DNA of 64,000 nucleotides, taken from an uncultured Desulfosarcina sp. (GTDB lineage: Bacteria > Desulfobacterota > Desulfobacteria > Desulfobacterales > Desulfosarcinaceae). Below the pieces are notes generated by a model. It saw nothing but the letters and a program-made list of their open reading frames with translations, was not told the origin of the DNA and ran no database searches. Positions 22,677 through 31,975 of this stretch are shown piece after piece. Positions within the stretch are counted from its first letter, which is position 1; each line of letters starts with the position of its first letter. Where the stretch lies: positions 3,040,001 to 3,104,000 of the forward strand of contig CAXXWQ010000004.1 of assembly GCA_963674945.2 (NCBI GenBank), written 5' to 3'. Both the position numbers and the translations under genes were made by a program.

Positions 22677-24275
22677 ATGCAGAATTTTGATAAAAATGAG
22701 TTTTTTCGACAAGCGACCGCTCACATTTGTGGTAGTCTGGATATCAATGAAGCATTAAAACGCTGCTACCATTTTTTAAAACAAGCGCTTCCCTGTGATG
22801 ATATGTTTTTTGTGCGATACGATCGGGAATTAAACGCATTTCCCATCGTGGCAAAGCATCAAAAGTATCCACGTAACGCGGAGGACATCAACATTATGCC
22901 TTCGCAAAGCAAAAAACTATGGCTTTACCTCTGGGAGCAGGAAAAAGAGGTTTATATTATTAACCGACCGGCTGAAATTCCGGAATTTCGGCAATTGAGC
23001 AAATCTTTAAAGTTTACACTCAACCAATCCTTCATCAGTTTGAAACTGCGCATCGGCGGGCAAAAAAGCGGTTTTTTCGTAATTAGCGCCCGCGGGAGCA
23101 ATCGGTATAATCAAGCCCATTTAGGTCTTGTGCACATGTTAAAAGATCCCCTGACCATTTGCATGGCGAATGCGCTCAAGCATCAAGAGTTGGTTCGTCT
23201 TAAGGATATTCTCAATGACAACAATCGCTTTTTACAATGCGAGCTCAACGATCTATCCGGTACGGAAATAATTGGCACCAATGGCGGGTTGCGCCCAGTG
23301 ATGGAAATGGCACGGCAGGTGTCCCGACTCGATAGTCCGATTTTGCTTGAAGGCGAAACCGGTGTTGGCAAAGGGTTGATCGCCCAGACCCTTCACCGTA
23401 TGTCAAAACGAAGGGAAGGTCCGTTTATCAGTGTCAATTGCGGCGCTATTCCGGATTCGCTTTTGGATAGCGAGTTGTTCGGGCATGAAAAGGGAGCATT
23501 CACAGGTGCAATCGAGCGAAAGCGGGGACGTTTTGAACGGGCGGACAAAGGGACGATATTTCTCGATGAAGTCGGCGAACTGCCCCTCAAAGCCCAGGTT
23601 CGGCTTCTTCATGTTCTTCAAAACAAGACAATCGAGCGCGTTGGCGGCTCCCAAACCATTCCTGTGGATATCCGTATCATTTCGGCTACCAATCGAAACC
23701 TGGAGGAAATGGTAAACGCGGGCAAATTCAGGGAAGACTTGTGGTATCGACTGAATGTTTTTCCGATTCGCATCCCGCCGCTGCGGCAAAGAAAAGAAGA
23801 TATTCCGGCACTCATCCATTATTTTACGGAAAGAAAATCCGTTGAGCTGAAAAAGACGGAACATCCCATCCTCGCTCCGGGAACCATTAACAGGCTTATG
23901 GCCTACCAGTGGCCTGGAAATGTGCGCGAACTTCAGAACATTGTTGAACGGGCGCTGATCCAGCACACCAAAGGCCTCTTACGGTTTACCGATACGGCCC
24001 TGTGGCAGGAAGGGAAGCACGAAGATACACAGTACACCGATGCGAAAGACCAGTTGCTGCCGCTGGAAACGGTGACGGCGATTCATATCCGGCGAGCGTT
24101 AGTGATTTCAAATGGAAAAATCAGCGGTCCCGGCGGGGCCGCTGATTTATTGGCCATCAACCCCAATACGCTTCGAAAAAAAATGGATAAGCTGCAAATT
24201 CCGTATAAAAAGAGAAAAATCGGCCGGAATCGGCCAGCCTATCGTACTAGCAACGTTTGTGCAATGGGACAGTGA
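22677..24275 (+). CDS. Sigma-54 enhancer-binding protein EBP1 (GAF-like / AAA+ / HTH)
   Basis: GETGVGK, ESELFG-like DSELFGHEKGAFTGA, FLDEVGE, WPGNVREL, C-terminal HTH; start at MQNFDKN by homology with the paralogs. Confidence 0.93.
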   Translation: MQNFDKNEFFRQATAHICGSLDINEALKRCYHFLKQALPCDDMFFVRYDRELNAFPIVAKHQKYPRNAEDINIMPSQSKKLWLYLWEQEKEVYIINRPAEIPEFRQLSKSLKFTLNQSFISLKLRIGGQKSGFFVISARGSNRYNQAHLGLVHMLKDPLTICMANALKHQELVRLKDILNDNNRFLQCELNDLSGTEIIGTNGGLRPVMEMARQVSRLDSPILLEGETGVGKGLIAQTLHRMSKRREGPFISVNCGAIPDSLLDSELFGHEKGAFTGAIERKRGRFERADKGTIFLDEVGELPLKAQVRLLHVLQNKTIERVGGSQTIPVDIRIISATNRNLEEMVNAGKFREDLWYRLNVFPIRIPPLRQRKEDIPALIHYFTERKSVELKKTEHPILAPGTINRLMAYQWPGNVRELQNIVERALIQHTKGLLRFTDTALWQEGKHEDTQYTDAKDQLLPLETVTAIHIRRALVISNGKISGPGGAADLLAINPNTLRKKMDKLQIPYKKRKIGRNRPAYRTSNVCAMGQ

Positions 24276-24425
24276 GTCTGCCTTTGCGGATCAATCAATG
24301 CACTTTATTGCTGTGTCGTTCCGGGTGAAACCGGATGCAACTCGACCGGTTTGAATACAACCAATCAATACGTTTGAGACGACATTACACATTTGGACAA
24401 TCGTGATACGAAATGAAGAGGAAAT

Positions 24426-25433
24426 ATGAAAACAGCACAAAGAGAAATGATGGCCTGGCGGGTTCACCAATACGGCGAATTTGAAAAAGCACTCGTACAT
24501 GAGACGTGTCCGCCGCCAAAACCTGCGGGCAAACAGGGGATCATTCGGGTCTCGGCAATCGGTCTTAATTTTCTGGATGTGCTCAGCATCGCAGGACAAT
24601 ACCAGGAGAAGAGTCCACTGCCCTTCATTCCCGGTGTGGAAGCCGCCGGCAGGATCGTGGAGACAGCCGAGGATTGTCCTTTTCAAGTTGGCGACCGGGT
24701 GATGACGGTGGGGGAAAGCGGCGCCTTTGCCGAATACATGGTCGTGGAACCGAAAAACACATTCGTTTTTCCCGAGGATATGACCTACGCGGATGCTGCG
24801 GCCATGCAACTGGTCTATCAGACGGCCCATGTTGGGCTGATACATCGGGCACGGCTTTCAAAGGACGATTTTCTCCTGGTTCATGCCGGTGCAGGGGGCG
24901 TGGGTACGGCGGCCGTTCAGATCGGGCAGGCGTGTGGCGCCCGGGTCATCGCAACGGCTGGAAGCGATGATAAACTCGACATCTGTCGCAAGTGCGGGGC
25001 AGCGTTTGTCATCAATTACCAGAAAGAGAATTTTGTCGACAGCGTCAAGGAAATTACCGGCGGCCACGGTGCCGATGTGATCTTCGACCCGGTCGGGGGC
25101 GCGGTGTTCGACGATAGCACCCGGTGTATCGCCTTCGAGGGCCGTATCGTCGTGATCGGTTTCGCCTCGGGCAAGATTTCCAAGATCGCGACAAACCGCG
25201 TTTTGCTCAAAAATATCGACATCGTCGGTCTTTATTGGGGTAACTACAAGAAGTTCGACCCGGAAATTTTTCGCAAAACCCAGGACGCTCTATACGATCT
25301 CTATCGATCGGGAGATATCAAGCCGCTGATCTACCGACAATTTCCCTTTTCCGCTCTTCCCGAGGCGCTGGCAAGCCTGGCCGGGCGAAAGAGCTACGGC
25401 AAGGTGATCGTCGACGGCCCCAGCATCCGATGA
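24426..25433 (+). CDS. NADPH:quinone oxidoreductase / MDR (zeta-crystallin-like) family protein
   Basis: GLNFLD, PFIPGVEAAG, HAGAGGVG, DPVGG, GFASG, GKVIV. Confidence 0.88.
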   Translation: MKTAQREMMAWRVHQYGEFEKALVHETCPPPKPAGKQGIIRVSAIGLNFLDVLSIAGQYQEKSPLPFIPGVEAAGRIVETAEDCPFQVGDRVMTVGESGAFAEYMVVEPKNTFVFPEDMTYADAAAMQLVYQTAHVGLIHRARLSKDDFLLVHAGAGGVGTAAVQIGQACGARVIATAGSDDKLDICRKCGAAFVINYQKENFVDSVKEITGGHGADVIFDPVGGAVFDDSTRCIAFEGRIVVIGFASGKISKIATNRVLLKNIDIVGLYWGNYKKFDPEIFRKTQDALYDLYRSGDIKPLIYRQFPFSALPEALASLAGRKSYGKVIVDGPSIR

Positions 25434-25591
25434 AAAAGCCCCATGATTTTAAGCCATTGAGATAGCACCCATTTGTTCGTAGAGAAAGTACAGGTAGATG
25501 ACCAAACACAATGAGAAGGTGGTGGTATACCGACCTTCTCATTGTACTTCATTCCGCCCATGATTTCTTTATTCTGGCGTACCACCCGCGT

Positions 25592-26965
25592 TTACCGCCG
25601 ACCCATTTTTCGCAAATTTTGAACTGAGAAGAAGTCGTCCGGTATTTCGTTATACTCTTCGGGCGGAAAACCGTTAAAATACGTAAATGTAGCATAAAAC
25701 GCCACCTGGAAATCGAAGTGATGGTACTGGGTCTGGCGGAATACGGGAAAATCATAATATTCTTTTCCATGTGCCCATGACATTCGCCACAGGTTTCCGC
25801 GTTTGTCGTATTTGTCAATAACGGCAATCAGCCATGAGTCTTCATCCAGAAAATAGTGCCGTTTGCCGTAAAGATGCCGAGAACCTTCCTTAAGGGTCCC
25901 GATGACTTCCCATACCCGGTGAAGCTCCCAGCGAATCGGTTCCGGGTTGGGATGATGGGGGGTCATCATCGGTTCAAATTCCGGAAGCAATTCGATCTTG
26001 TAGGTGTTATAAGGTATGTACATCTCTTTTTTCCCGACCAATTTCCAATCAAACCGGTCGAGTTTGCCTTTCCACATCCACGATCCGTCACTGCAGCCGA
26101 TGCCGCCGGCAGAAGAATCGAGTCCGTCGTAAAACATGTTGGGGTTCCGGCGCACCCTACGCATTCCCGGTATATAGGACCAGCCGATCGCGTCATTTTT
26201 ACTGTAGTCTGCCGGGTCCATCATGAGATAGATTTCGCCTACACGGCCGGGCATATCCATTACAACGATTTTTCCATAGATATAGTCGGCCGGATCAAAT
26301 GGTTCATCACCTTCGGGTTTATGCAGAAAATAATCAGTTGCGTAGTTTATCGCATATTTGCCGCTTCCCTGCACAATCCCGCCACCATAAGTGCCTTTCA
26401 TATTTTTCGAGGGCCACGGTCTGTGAACCATATTCAGCATGGCCTCTGTACCGCTTTTGGGAATTGGAAACGGAAACCCGGCAACGAAATTGGTTACACT
26501 GCCGTATTCATCGATCACCTCTGCCGTCAAGGCGTTTTTATACGTTCCCTCATAGACGTGTTTGGTGTATGCGGCGGATCTTCTTGTTGGGTACACATGG
26601 ATCTTGAAGGTATCCGGGTATAGTTTGAACATGTTCGCCACACCAGCAGACAATTTGTCTTTATATTGCTCGACATTTTGTGCCGTAATGGTAAACAGGA
26701 TCTTGTCATCGGCAAACGGATCCGGATGGGGTAATCCGGATTTGGGCACATAGTCTATGCCTTCGGGAGTTTTAGAAAGTCCACCGGTCCAGGCAGGAAT
26801 GGTCCCCTCTTTGTTTCCCGCTATCTCACTTCCCATGGGGGTTAATTCTGTTTTCAGTCTCGCGGCCTCTTCAGCAGTCACTTTCGCCAGCGCCGGCATT
26901 GCGATACACACAAGCAGAATCGCCAACATCAAGGACAATGTGGTTCTACATACTGCATTGTTCAT
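25592..26965 (-). CDS. DUF1329 periplasmic protein, copy 2
   Basis: Colinear paralog of 15641-17023 (LTPMGSEIAGNKEGTIPAWTGGL, RWELHRVW, FLDEDSW). Confidence 0.88.
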   Translation of the reverse strand: MNNAVCRTTLSLMLAILLVCIAMPALAKVTAEEAARLKTELTPMGSEIAGNKEGTIPAWTGGLSKTPEGIDYVPKSGLPHPDPFADDKILFTITAQNVEQYKDKLSAGVANMFKLYPDTFKIHVYPTRRSAAYTKHVYEGTYKNALTAEVIDEYGSVTNFVAGFPFPIPKSGTEAMLNMVHRPWPSKNMKGTYGGGIVQGSGKYAINYATDYFLHKPEGDEPFDPADYIYGKIVVMDMPGRVGEIYLMMDPADYSKNDAIGWSYIPGMRRVRRNPNMFYDGLDSSAGGIGCSDGSWMWKGKLDRFDWKLVGKKEMYIPYNTYKIELLPEFEPMMTPHHPNPEPIRWELHRVWEVIGTLKEGSRHLYGKRHYFLDEDSWLIAVIDKYDKRGNLWRMSWAHGKEYYDFPVFRQTQYHHFDFQVAFYATFTYFNGFPPEEYNEIPDDFFSVQNLRKMGRR

Positions 26966-27079
26966 AAAATACTCCTCTTCTCTTTTGCATCGATTAAAAC
27001 ACTGATTCGGTTTTTTTTCCGGGCTATGGCCAGAAATTCGAGCCGCCCGTTATGCGGGTGGCTGTTGACGCAATAATGC

Positions 27080-27146
27080 AAAATACCCCTCGATTGATAT
27101 GGGGGAGTAATTCCAATCGAGGGGTGATCTCTCTTGAGAGTAAATC
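27080..27146 (-). promoter_or_regulatory. Conserved leader hairpin element, copy 2
   Basis: acccctcgattg...caatcgaggggt stem next to gtgatctctcttgagagtaaatc. Confidence 0.6.
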
Positions 27147-27211
27147 TTTATTGCTTTCTAAGGAAAATGATTCATTTAAAGATCGAAACCATTTCAACAA
27201 ATGAATCGCTA

Positions 27212-27227
27212 TCATAAATCATGCCAA
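27212..27227 (-). promoter_or_regulatory. Probable sigma-54 promoter for DUF1329 copy 2 (non-canonical -12)
   Basis: TTGGCATGATTTATGA on the minus strand; same 69-bp offset to the upstream palindrome as the GRE1 promoter. Confidence 0.55.
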
Positions 27228-27275
27228 TTGTATTGTGGCTAAAATTTCAAGATGTTAAATTTTAACGAACACATA

Positions 27276-27343
27276 ATGATGCCATTTGACAAAAATGATT
27301 GGTCATATGGCATCATTTATGATAATAAGCTGCCATTTGACAA
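27276..27343. promoter_or_regulatory. Probable activator binding site: inverted repeat plus extra half-site
   Basis: atgatgccatttgac...gtcatatggcatcat (27276-27316) and gccatttgacaa (27332-27343). Confidence 0.65.
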
Positions 27344-27385
27344 TTTCATTCTTTTTTCTATCGATAACGTACCAGCGATATAAAT

Positions 27386-28966
27386 ATGCAGGTCATTGAT
27401 AAAAATCAGTTTTTCCGACAAGGCACCGTTCGTATTTGTGGCAGTCTGGACATCGATGAAGCGCTAAAATGCTGCTACGAGTATCTAACCCAAGTTATTC
27501 CCTGTACCGAAATAACTTTTGTGCAATACGATATAGAACTAAATGCATTCAGGATTGTGGCAACACTCAGAAATCATAGACGTTTCGTGGGGGATATCTC
27601 CATTTTGCCCTTGCAAAGCAAAAAATTATGGCAAGACCTTTTTAAGAAAAAGAAGGAAATCACTATCATTAACCAGCCGGATAGGATACCATTGTTTCGG
27701 TTTTTAAATAGAAGTTACGGTTTTGTTCTCGATTTATCTTGTATTATTTTGAGACTAAACATCAGCGGGCCCAGAATCGGTTTTTTCATCGTCGGCACAC
27801 AAGGTACCGACAAGTACACGAAAGCCCATGCCGATCTTGTTCATATCCTGCACCCCCCCCTGGCCATCTGCATGGCAAATGCACTCAAACATCAAGAGTT
27901 GATCCGTCTCAAGGATATTCTCAATGACAATAACCGTTTTTTACAATGCGAACTCAACAATCTGTCCGGCACGGAGATCATTGGTGCCGATGGCGGGTTG
28001 CGCCATGTCATGCAGATGGTACGGCAGGTGTCCCAACTTGACAGTCCGATTTTATTGGAAGGCGAAACCGGTGTCGGCAAAGGGCTGATCGCCAATACGC
28101 TCCACCGCATGTCCAAACGAAAGGAAGGTCCGTTTATCAGTGTCAATTGCGGCGCCATCCCGGACTCGCTTTTGGATAGTGAGTTGTTCGGGCATGAAAA
28201 GGGAGCATTCACAGGCGCAGTTGAGCAAAAGCGGGGACGTTTCGAGCGGGCGGACAAAGGGACGATCTTTCTCGATGAAGTCGGCGAACTGCCCCACCAG
28301 GCCCAGGTTCGACTTCTTCATGTCCTTCAAAACAGAGAAATTGAGCGAGTCGGCGGCACCCGAACCATTCCCGTGGATATTCGCATCATTTCGGCAACCA
28401 ATCGAAACCTGGAGGAAATGGTAAATGCCGGTAAATTCAGGAGAGACCTGTGGTATCGACTGAATGTTTTCCCGATTTCCATTCCGCCGCTGCGGCAGAG
28501 AAAGGAAGACATTCCGGCACTTGTCCATTATTTTACGGAAAAAAAATCCGTTGAACTGAAAAAGACGGAACAACCCGTCCTCGCGCCGGGAACCCTCAAC
28601 AGGCTTCTGGCCTACCATTGGCCTGGAAATGTCCGCGAACTGCAGAACGTCGTTGAACGGGCGCTGATCCAACACACCCAAGGCCCCTTACGGTTTACCG
28701 ATACGGACCCGTGGTCGGAAGGCAAGAACGAAGATACCCAGTACACAGATGTGCGAGGCCAACTGCTGTCGCTGGAAACGGCGACGTCTGTTCATATCCG
28801 GCGAGCGTTGGCGATTGCGAATGGAAAAATCAGCGGGCCTGGCGGGGCCGCCGAGTTGTTAACCGTCAATCCGAAGACGCTTCGAAAAAAGATGGACAAG
28901 CTGAAAATCCCTTACAAAAAAAAGGATGTTTCAGAAATTGGCCAAATATTTTCAACACCTGCGTAA
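27386..28966 (+). CDS. Sigma-54 enhancer-binding protein EBP2
   Basis: GETGVGK, GAFTGA, WPGNVREL, HTH; paralog of EBP1. Confidence 0.93.
   Translation: MQVIDKNQFFRQGTVRICGSLDIDEALKCCYEYLTQVIPCTEITFVQYDIELNAFRIVATLRNHRRFVGDISILPLQSKKLWQDLFKKKKEITIINQPDRIPLFRFLNRSYGFVLDLSCIILRLNISGPRIGFFIVGTQGTDKYTKAHADLVHILHPPLAICMANALKHQELIRLKDILNDNNRFLQCELNNLSGTEIIGADGGLRHVMQMVRQVSQLDSPILLEGETGVGKGLIANTLHRMSKRKEGPFISVNCGAIPDSLLDSELFGHEKGAFTGAVEQKRGRFERADKGTIFLDEVGELPHQAQVRLLHVLQNREIERVGGTRTIPVDIRIISATNRNLEEMVNAGKFRRDLWYRLNVFPISIPPLRQRKEDIPALVHYFTEKKSVELKKTEQPVLAPGTLNRLLAYHWPGNVRELQNVVERALIQHTQGPLRFTDTDPWSEGKNEDTQYTDVRGQLLSLETATSVHIRRALAIANGKISGPGGAAELLTVNPKTLRKKMDKLKIPYKKKDVSEIGQIFSTPA
27760..28751 (+). repeat. 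992-bp segment near-identical to 29424-30415
   Basis: Direct comparison at offset 1664; only one difference noticed (cccgtggat vs cccgtagat). Confidence 0.9.
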
Positions 28967-29043
28967 TTTTACCGATGTGATAACAAGCTGCCATTCGACA
29001 AATTCATACCTTTTTCGATGGATAACGTACCGGCGATATAAAC

Positions 29044-30633
29044 ATGCAGGCCATTGATAAAAATCAGTTTTTCCGACAAGGCACCATTCGTATTTGTGGC
29101 AGTCTGGACATCGATGAAGCGCTAAAACGTTGCCACCAGTATTTAGTCCAAGTTATTCCCTGTACCGATATTAATTTTATACAATACGATCTGGAATTAA
29201 ATGTATTCAGGATCGTGGCTACACTTATAAATCATCGGCGTTTCGTGGGGATGGGGAATATCTCCATTATGCCCTTGGAAAGCAAAAAATTGTGGCAAGA
29301 TGTTTTTAAGCAAATGAAAGAAATCATCGTCATCAACCAGCCGGTTATGATACCGGTGTTTCGGTTTCTGAATAGAAGTTACGGATTTATGCTCGACTCA
29401 TCTTATATTGTGTTGAAATTAAGCATCAGCGGGCCCAGAATCGGTTTTTTCATCGTCGGCACACAAGGTACCGACAAGTACACGAAAGCCCATGCCGATC
29501 TTGTTCATATCCTGCACCCCCCCCTGGCCATCTGCATGGCAAATGCACTCAAACATCAAGAGTTGATCCGTCTCAAGGATATTCTCAATGACAATAACCG
29601 TTTTTTACAATGCGAACTCAACAATCTGTCCGGCACGGAGATCATTGGTGCCGATGGCGGGTTGCGCCATGTCATGCAGATGGTACGGCAGGTGTCCCAA
29701 CTTGACAGTCCGATTTTATTGGAAGGCGAAACCGGTGTCGGCAAAGGGCTGATCGCCAATACGCTCCACCGCATGTCCAAACGAAAGGAAGGTCCGTTTA
29801 TCAGTGTCAATTGCGGCGCCATCCCGGACTCGCTTTTGGATAGTGAGTTGTTCGGGCATGAAAAGGGAGCATTCACAGGCGCAGTTGAGCAAAAGCGGGG
29901 ACGTTTCGAGCGGGCGGACAAAGGGACGATCTTTCTCGATGAAGTCGGCGAACTGCCCCACCAGGCCCAGGTTCGACTTCTTCATGTCCTTCAAAACAGA
30001 GAAATTGAGCGAGTCGGCGGCACCCGAACCATTCCCGTAGATATTCGCATCATTTCGGCAACCAATCGAAACCTGGAGGAAATGGTAAATGCCGGTAAAT
30101 TCAGGAGAGACCTGTGGTATCGACTGAATGTTTTCCCGATTTCCATTCCGCCGCTGCGGCAGAGAAAGGAAGACATTCCGGCACTTGTCCATTATTTTAC
30201 GGAAAAAAAATCCGTTGAACTGAAAAAGACGGAACAACCCGTCCTCGCGCCGGGAACCCTCAACAGGCTTCTGGCCTACCATTGGCCTGGAAATGTCCGC
30301 GAACTGCAGAACGTCGTTGAACGGGCGCTGATCCAACACACCCAAGGCCCCTTACGGTTTACCGATACGGACCCGTGGTCGGAAGGCAAGAACGAAGATA
30401 CCCAGTACACAGATGCGCAAGGCCAACTGCTGTCGCTGGAAACGATGACGATTGTCCATATCCGGCGGGCGTTGGCGATTGCGAATAAAAAAGTCAGTGG
30501 CCCAAACGGGGCCGCTGATTTATTGGCCATCAACCCCAATACGCTTCGAAAAAAAATGGACAGGCTGAAAATCCCCTATAAAAAGAGAGGAGCCGGCCGG
30601 AGTCGGACGACCCCAAGATACAAAAAACATTAA
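29044..30633 (+). CDS. Sigma-54 enhancer-binding protein EBP3, tandem duplicate of EBP2
   Basis: Same motifs; about 65 bp of upstream sequence is also homologous to that of EBP2. Confidence 0.93.
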   Translation: MQAIDKNQFFRQGTIRICGSLDIDEALKRCHQYLVQVIPCTDINFIQYDLELNVFRIVATLINHRRFVGMGNISIMPLESKKLWQDVFKQMKEIIVINQPVMIPVFRFLNRSYGFMLDSSYIVLKLSISGPRIGFFIVGTQGTDKYTKAHADLVHILHPPLAICMANALKHQELIRLKDILNDNNRFLQCELNNLSGTEIIGADGGLRHVMQMVRQVSQLDSPILLEGETGVGKGLIANTLHRMSKRKEGPFISVNCGAIPDSLLDSELFGHEKGAFTGAVEQKRGRFERADKGTIFLDEVGELPHQAQVRLLHVLQNREIERVGGTRTIPVDIRIISATNRNLEEMVNAGKFRRDLWYRLNVFPISIPPLRQRKEDIPALVHYFTEKKSVELKKTEQPVLAPGTLNRLLAYHWPGNVRELQNVVERALIQHTQGPLRFTDTDPWSEGKNEDTQYTDAQGQLLSLETMTIVHIRRALAIANKKVSGPNGAADLLAINPNTLRKKMDRLKIPYKKRGAGRSRTTPRYKKH

Positions 30634-30787
30634 AATTCTGGCAAGGGAAGGCAGAAGCACCATGGCGCCAACCATGTTCCGCATCAACGGCGATGACGGG
30701 CAATGAGGCCACCTTGATGTCGATGCCCATTTTGGCCATCAGGGCCTCGTATCGCACGGAGGTGAGCACCAGAGGCGTGACAACGTA
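30632..30787 (-). pseudogene. Remnant of a second RND/MMPL transporter gene (3' fragments joined across an internal deletion)
   Basis: VVTPLVLTSVRYEALMAKMGIDIKVASLPVIAV matches VVTPLAITSVLCEALMAQMGIGIKVATLPVIAV of 11952-14309; aagcaccatggcgccaaccatgttcc is shared with ~11997-12022. Confidence 0.85.
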
Positions 30788-31120
30788 TGTGGGCTTCCTT
30801 GAATCCATGTATTTGAGATGATTTTTAAGGAAAGGATGATGGGTGGGAATCTACCTTAAAAAGCTGGCTTCAGGCTTCATCTGAATCATATTTCGTCCTT
30901 CCCGATGTGCTGGCAAGCATGGCCTGGTGAAAAGGCTACGTGAGGGTGGTCGTCGTCGGCCATAGTTCTTCTGTTTTAAGAGGATACCGCTCAATCGTGT
31001 CCCATGAGATTGAAAGCTCCCGTTTCATGGGCAATGGTTCCTCCAGCGTTTCCTACGCGCTCACTTCCTAAGGGGTTTCATTCATTTTGTTGATTTTACT
31101 ATTACATGTTCGATTATTGC

Positions 31121-31963
31121 TTACTCCTCATCAAATGCAGTCTCTTCCGCAACTTTCCGCCAAGCATTCACATCCGCTTTGACTATTTCCAGTTTCGTCT
31201 CGACAATTCTGATCGCATCGCTTCCCAACGGCAATCGCATGGGCGGGTTGTCACTCTCAACAGCTTGAATCATTGCCAGCGCCGCCTTGGCAGGGTCTCC
31301 TTTCTGTTTGCCATGCCCCGCCAAGGTATGTTTGATAATTGCACCACTTGTAGCGGTGTAGTCATCAATCACCGTATCCGTCCTGAAATAAGATGCTCGA
31401 AAATTGGTTCGGAACTCACCTGGTTCGACAATTGTAACCCGAATTCCCAATGGCTTGCCTTCTGCTGCGAGGACTTCGGACATTCCTTCCAGGGCAAATT
31501 TTGTAATACAGTAGACACCCACACCAGGGGCGCCGATAAAACCCGCCACGGAAGAGAGATTTAAAATATGGCCGCTTCTCTGGCTTCGCATAATCGGCAA
31601 CACGACGCGTGTCACGTCCAGGTGGCCAAAAAAGTTGACTTCAAACATTTCACGAACCGCATCATCGGTGACTTCTTCCAGGGCGCCCAACAAGCCGTGG
31701 CCTGCATTGTTGACCAATACATCGATTCGGCCAAATGCATCCATGGCGGCCTTTATGGCTTCACGAACCTCTGCTGGTTTGGTAATGTCAAGGCGAAGGC
31801 TTTTCATGACATCCGGAAAACGATCCGCGACATCCTTCAACGTTTCAGGTTTCCGTGCGGTGGCAACGACCTGATCGCCCTTTTTAAGCGCCGCTACTGT
31901 CAAAGCCCGTCCTATCCCTGTCGAGCAGCCGGTAATAAACCACGTTTTTTGATTATCAGCCAT
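31121..31963 (-). CDS. Classical SDR oxidoreductase
   Basis: WFITGCSTGIG, LVNNAG, YCITK, VEPGEFRT. Confidence 0.9.
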   Translation of the reverse strand: MADNQKTWFITGCSTGIGRALTVAALKKGDQVVATARKPETLKDVADRFPDVMKSLRLDITKPAEVREAIKAAMDAFGRIDVLVNNAGHGLLGALEEVTDDAVREMFEVNFFGHLDVTRVVLPIMRSQRSGHILNLSSVAGFIGAPGVGVYCITKFALEGMSEVLAAEGKPLGIRVTIVEPGEFRTNFRASYFRTDTVIDDYTATSGAIIKHTLAGHGKQKGDPAKAALAMIQAVESDNPPMRLPLGSDAIRIVETKLEIVKADVNAWRKVAEETAFDEE

Positions 31964-31975
31964 AATCGATTTCCT

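Noticed and set aside
30840..31060. Short minus-strand ORF MKRELSISWDTIERYPLK, considered as a mobile-element remnant
   Set aside because: Too short, with no convincing motif.
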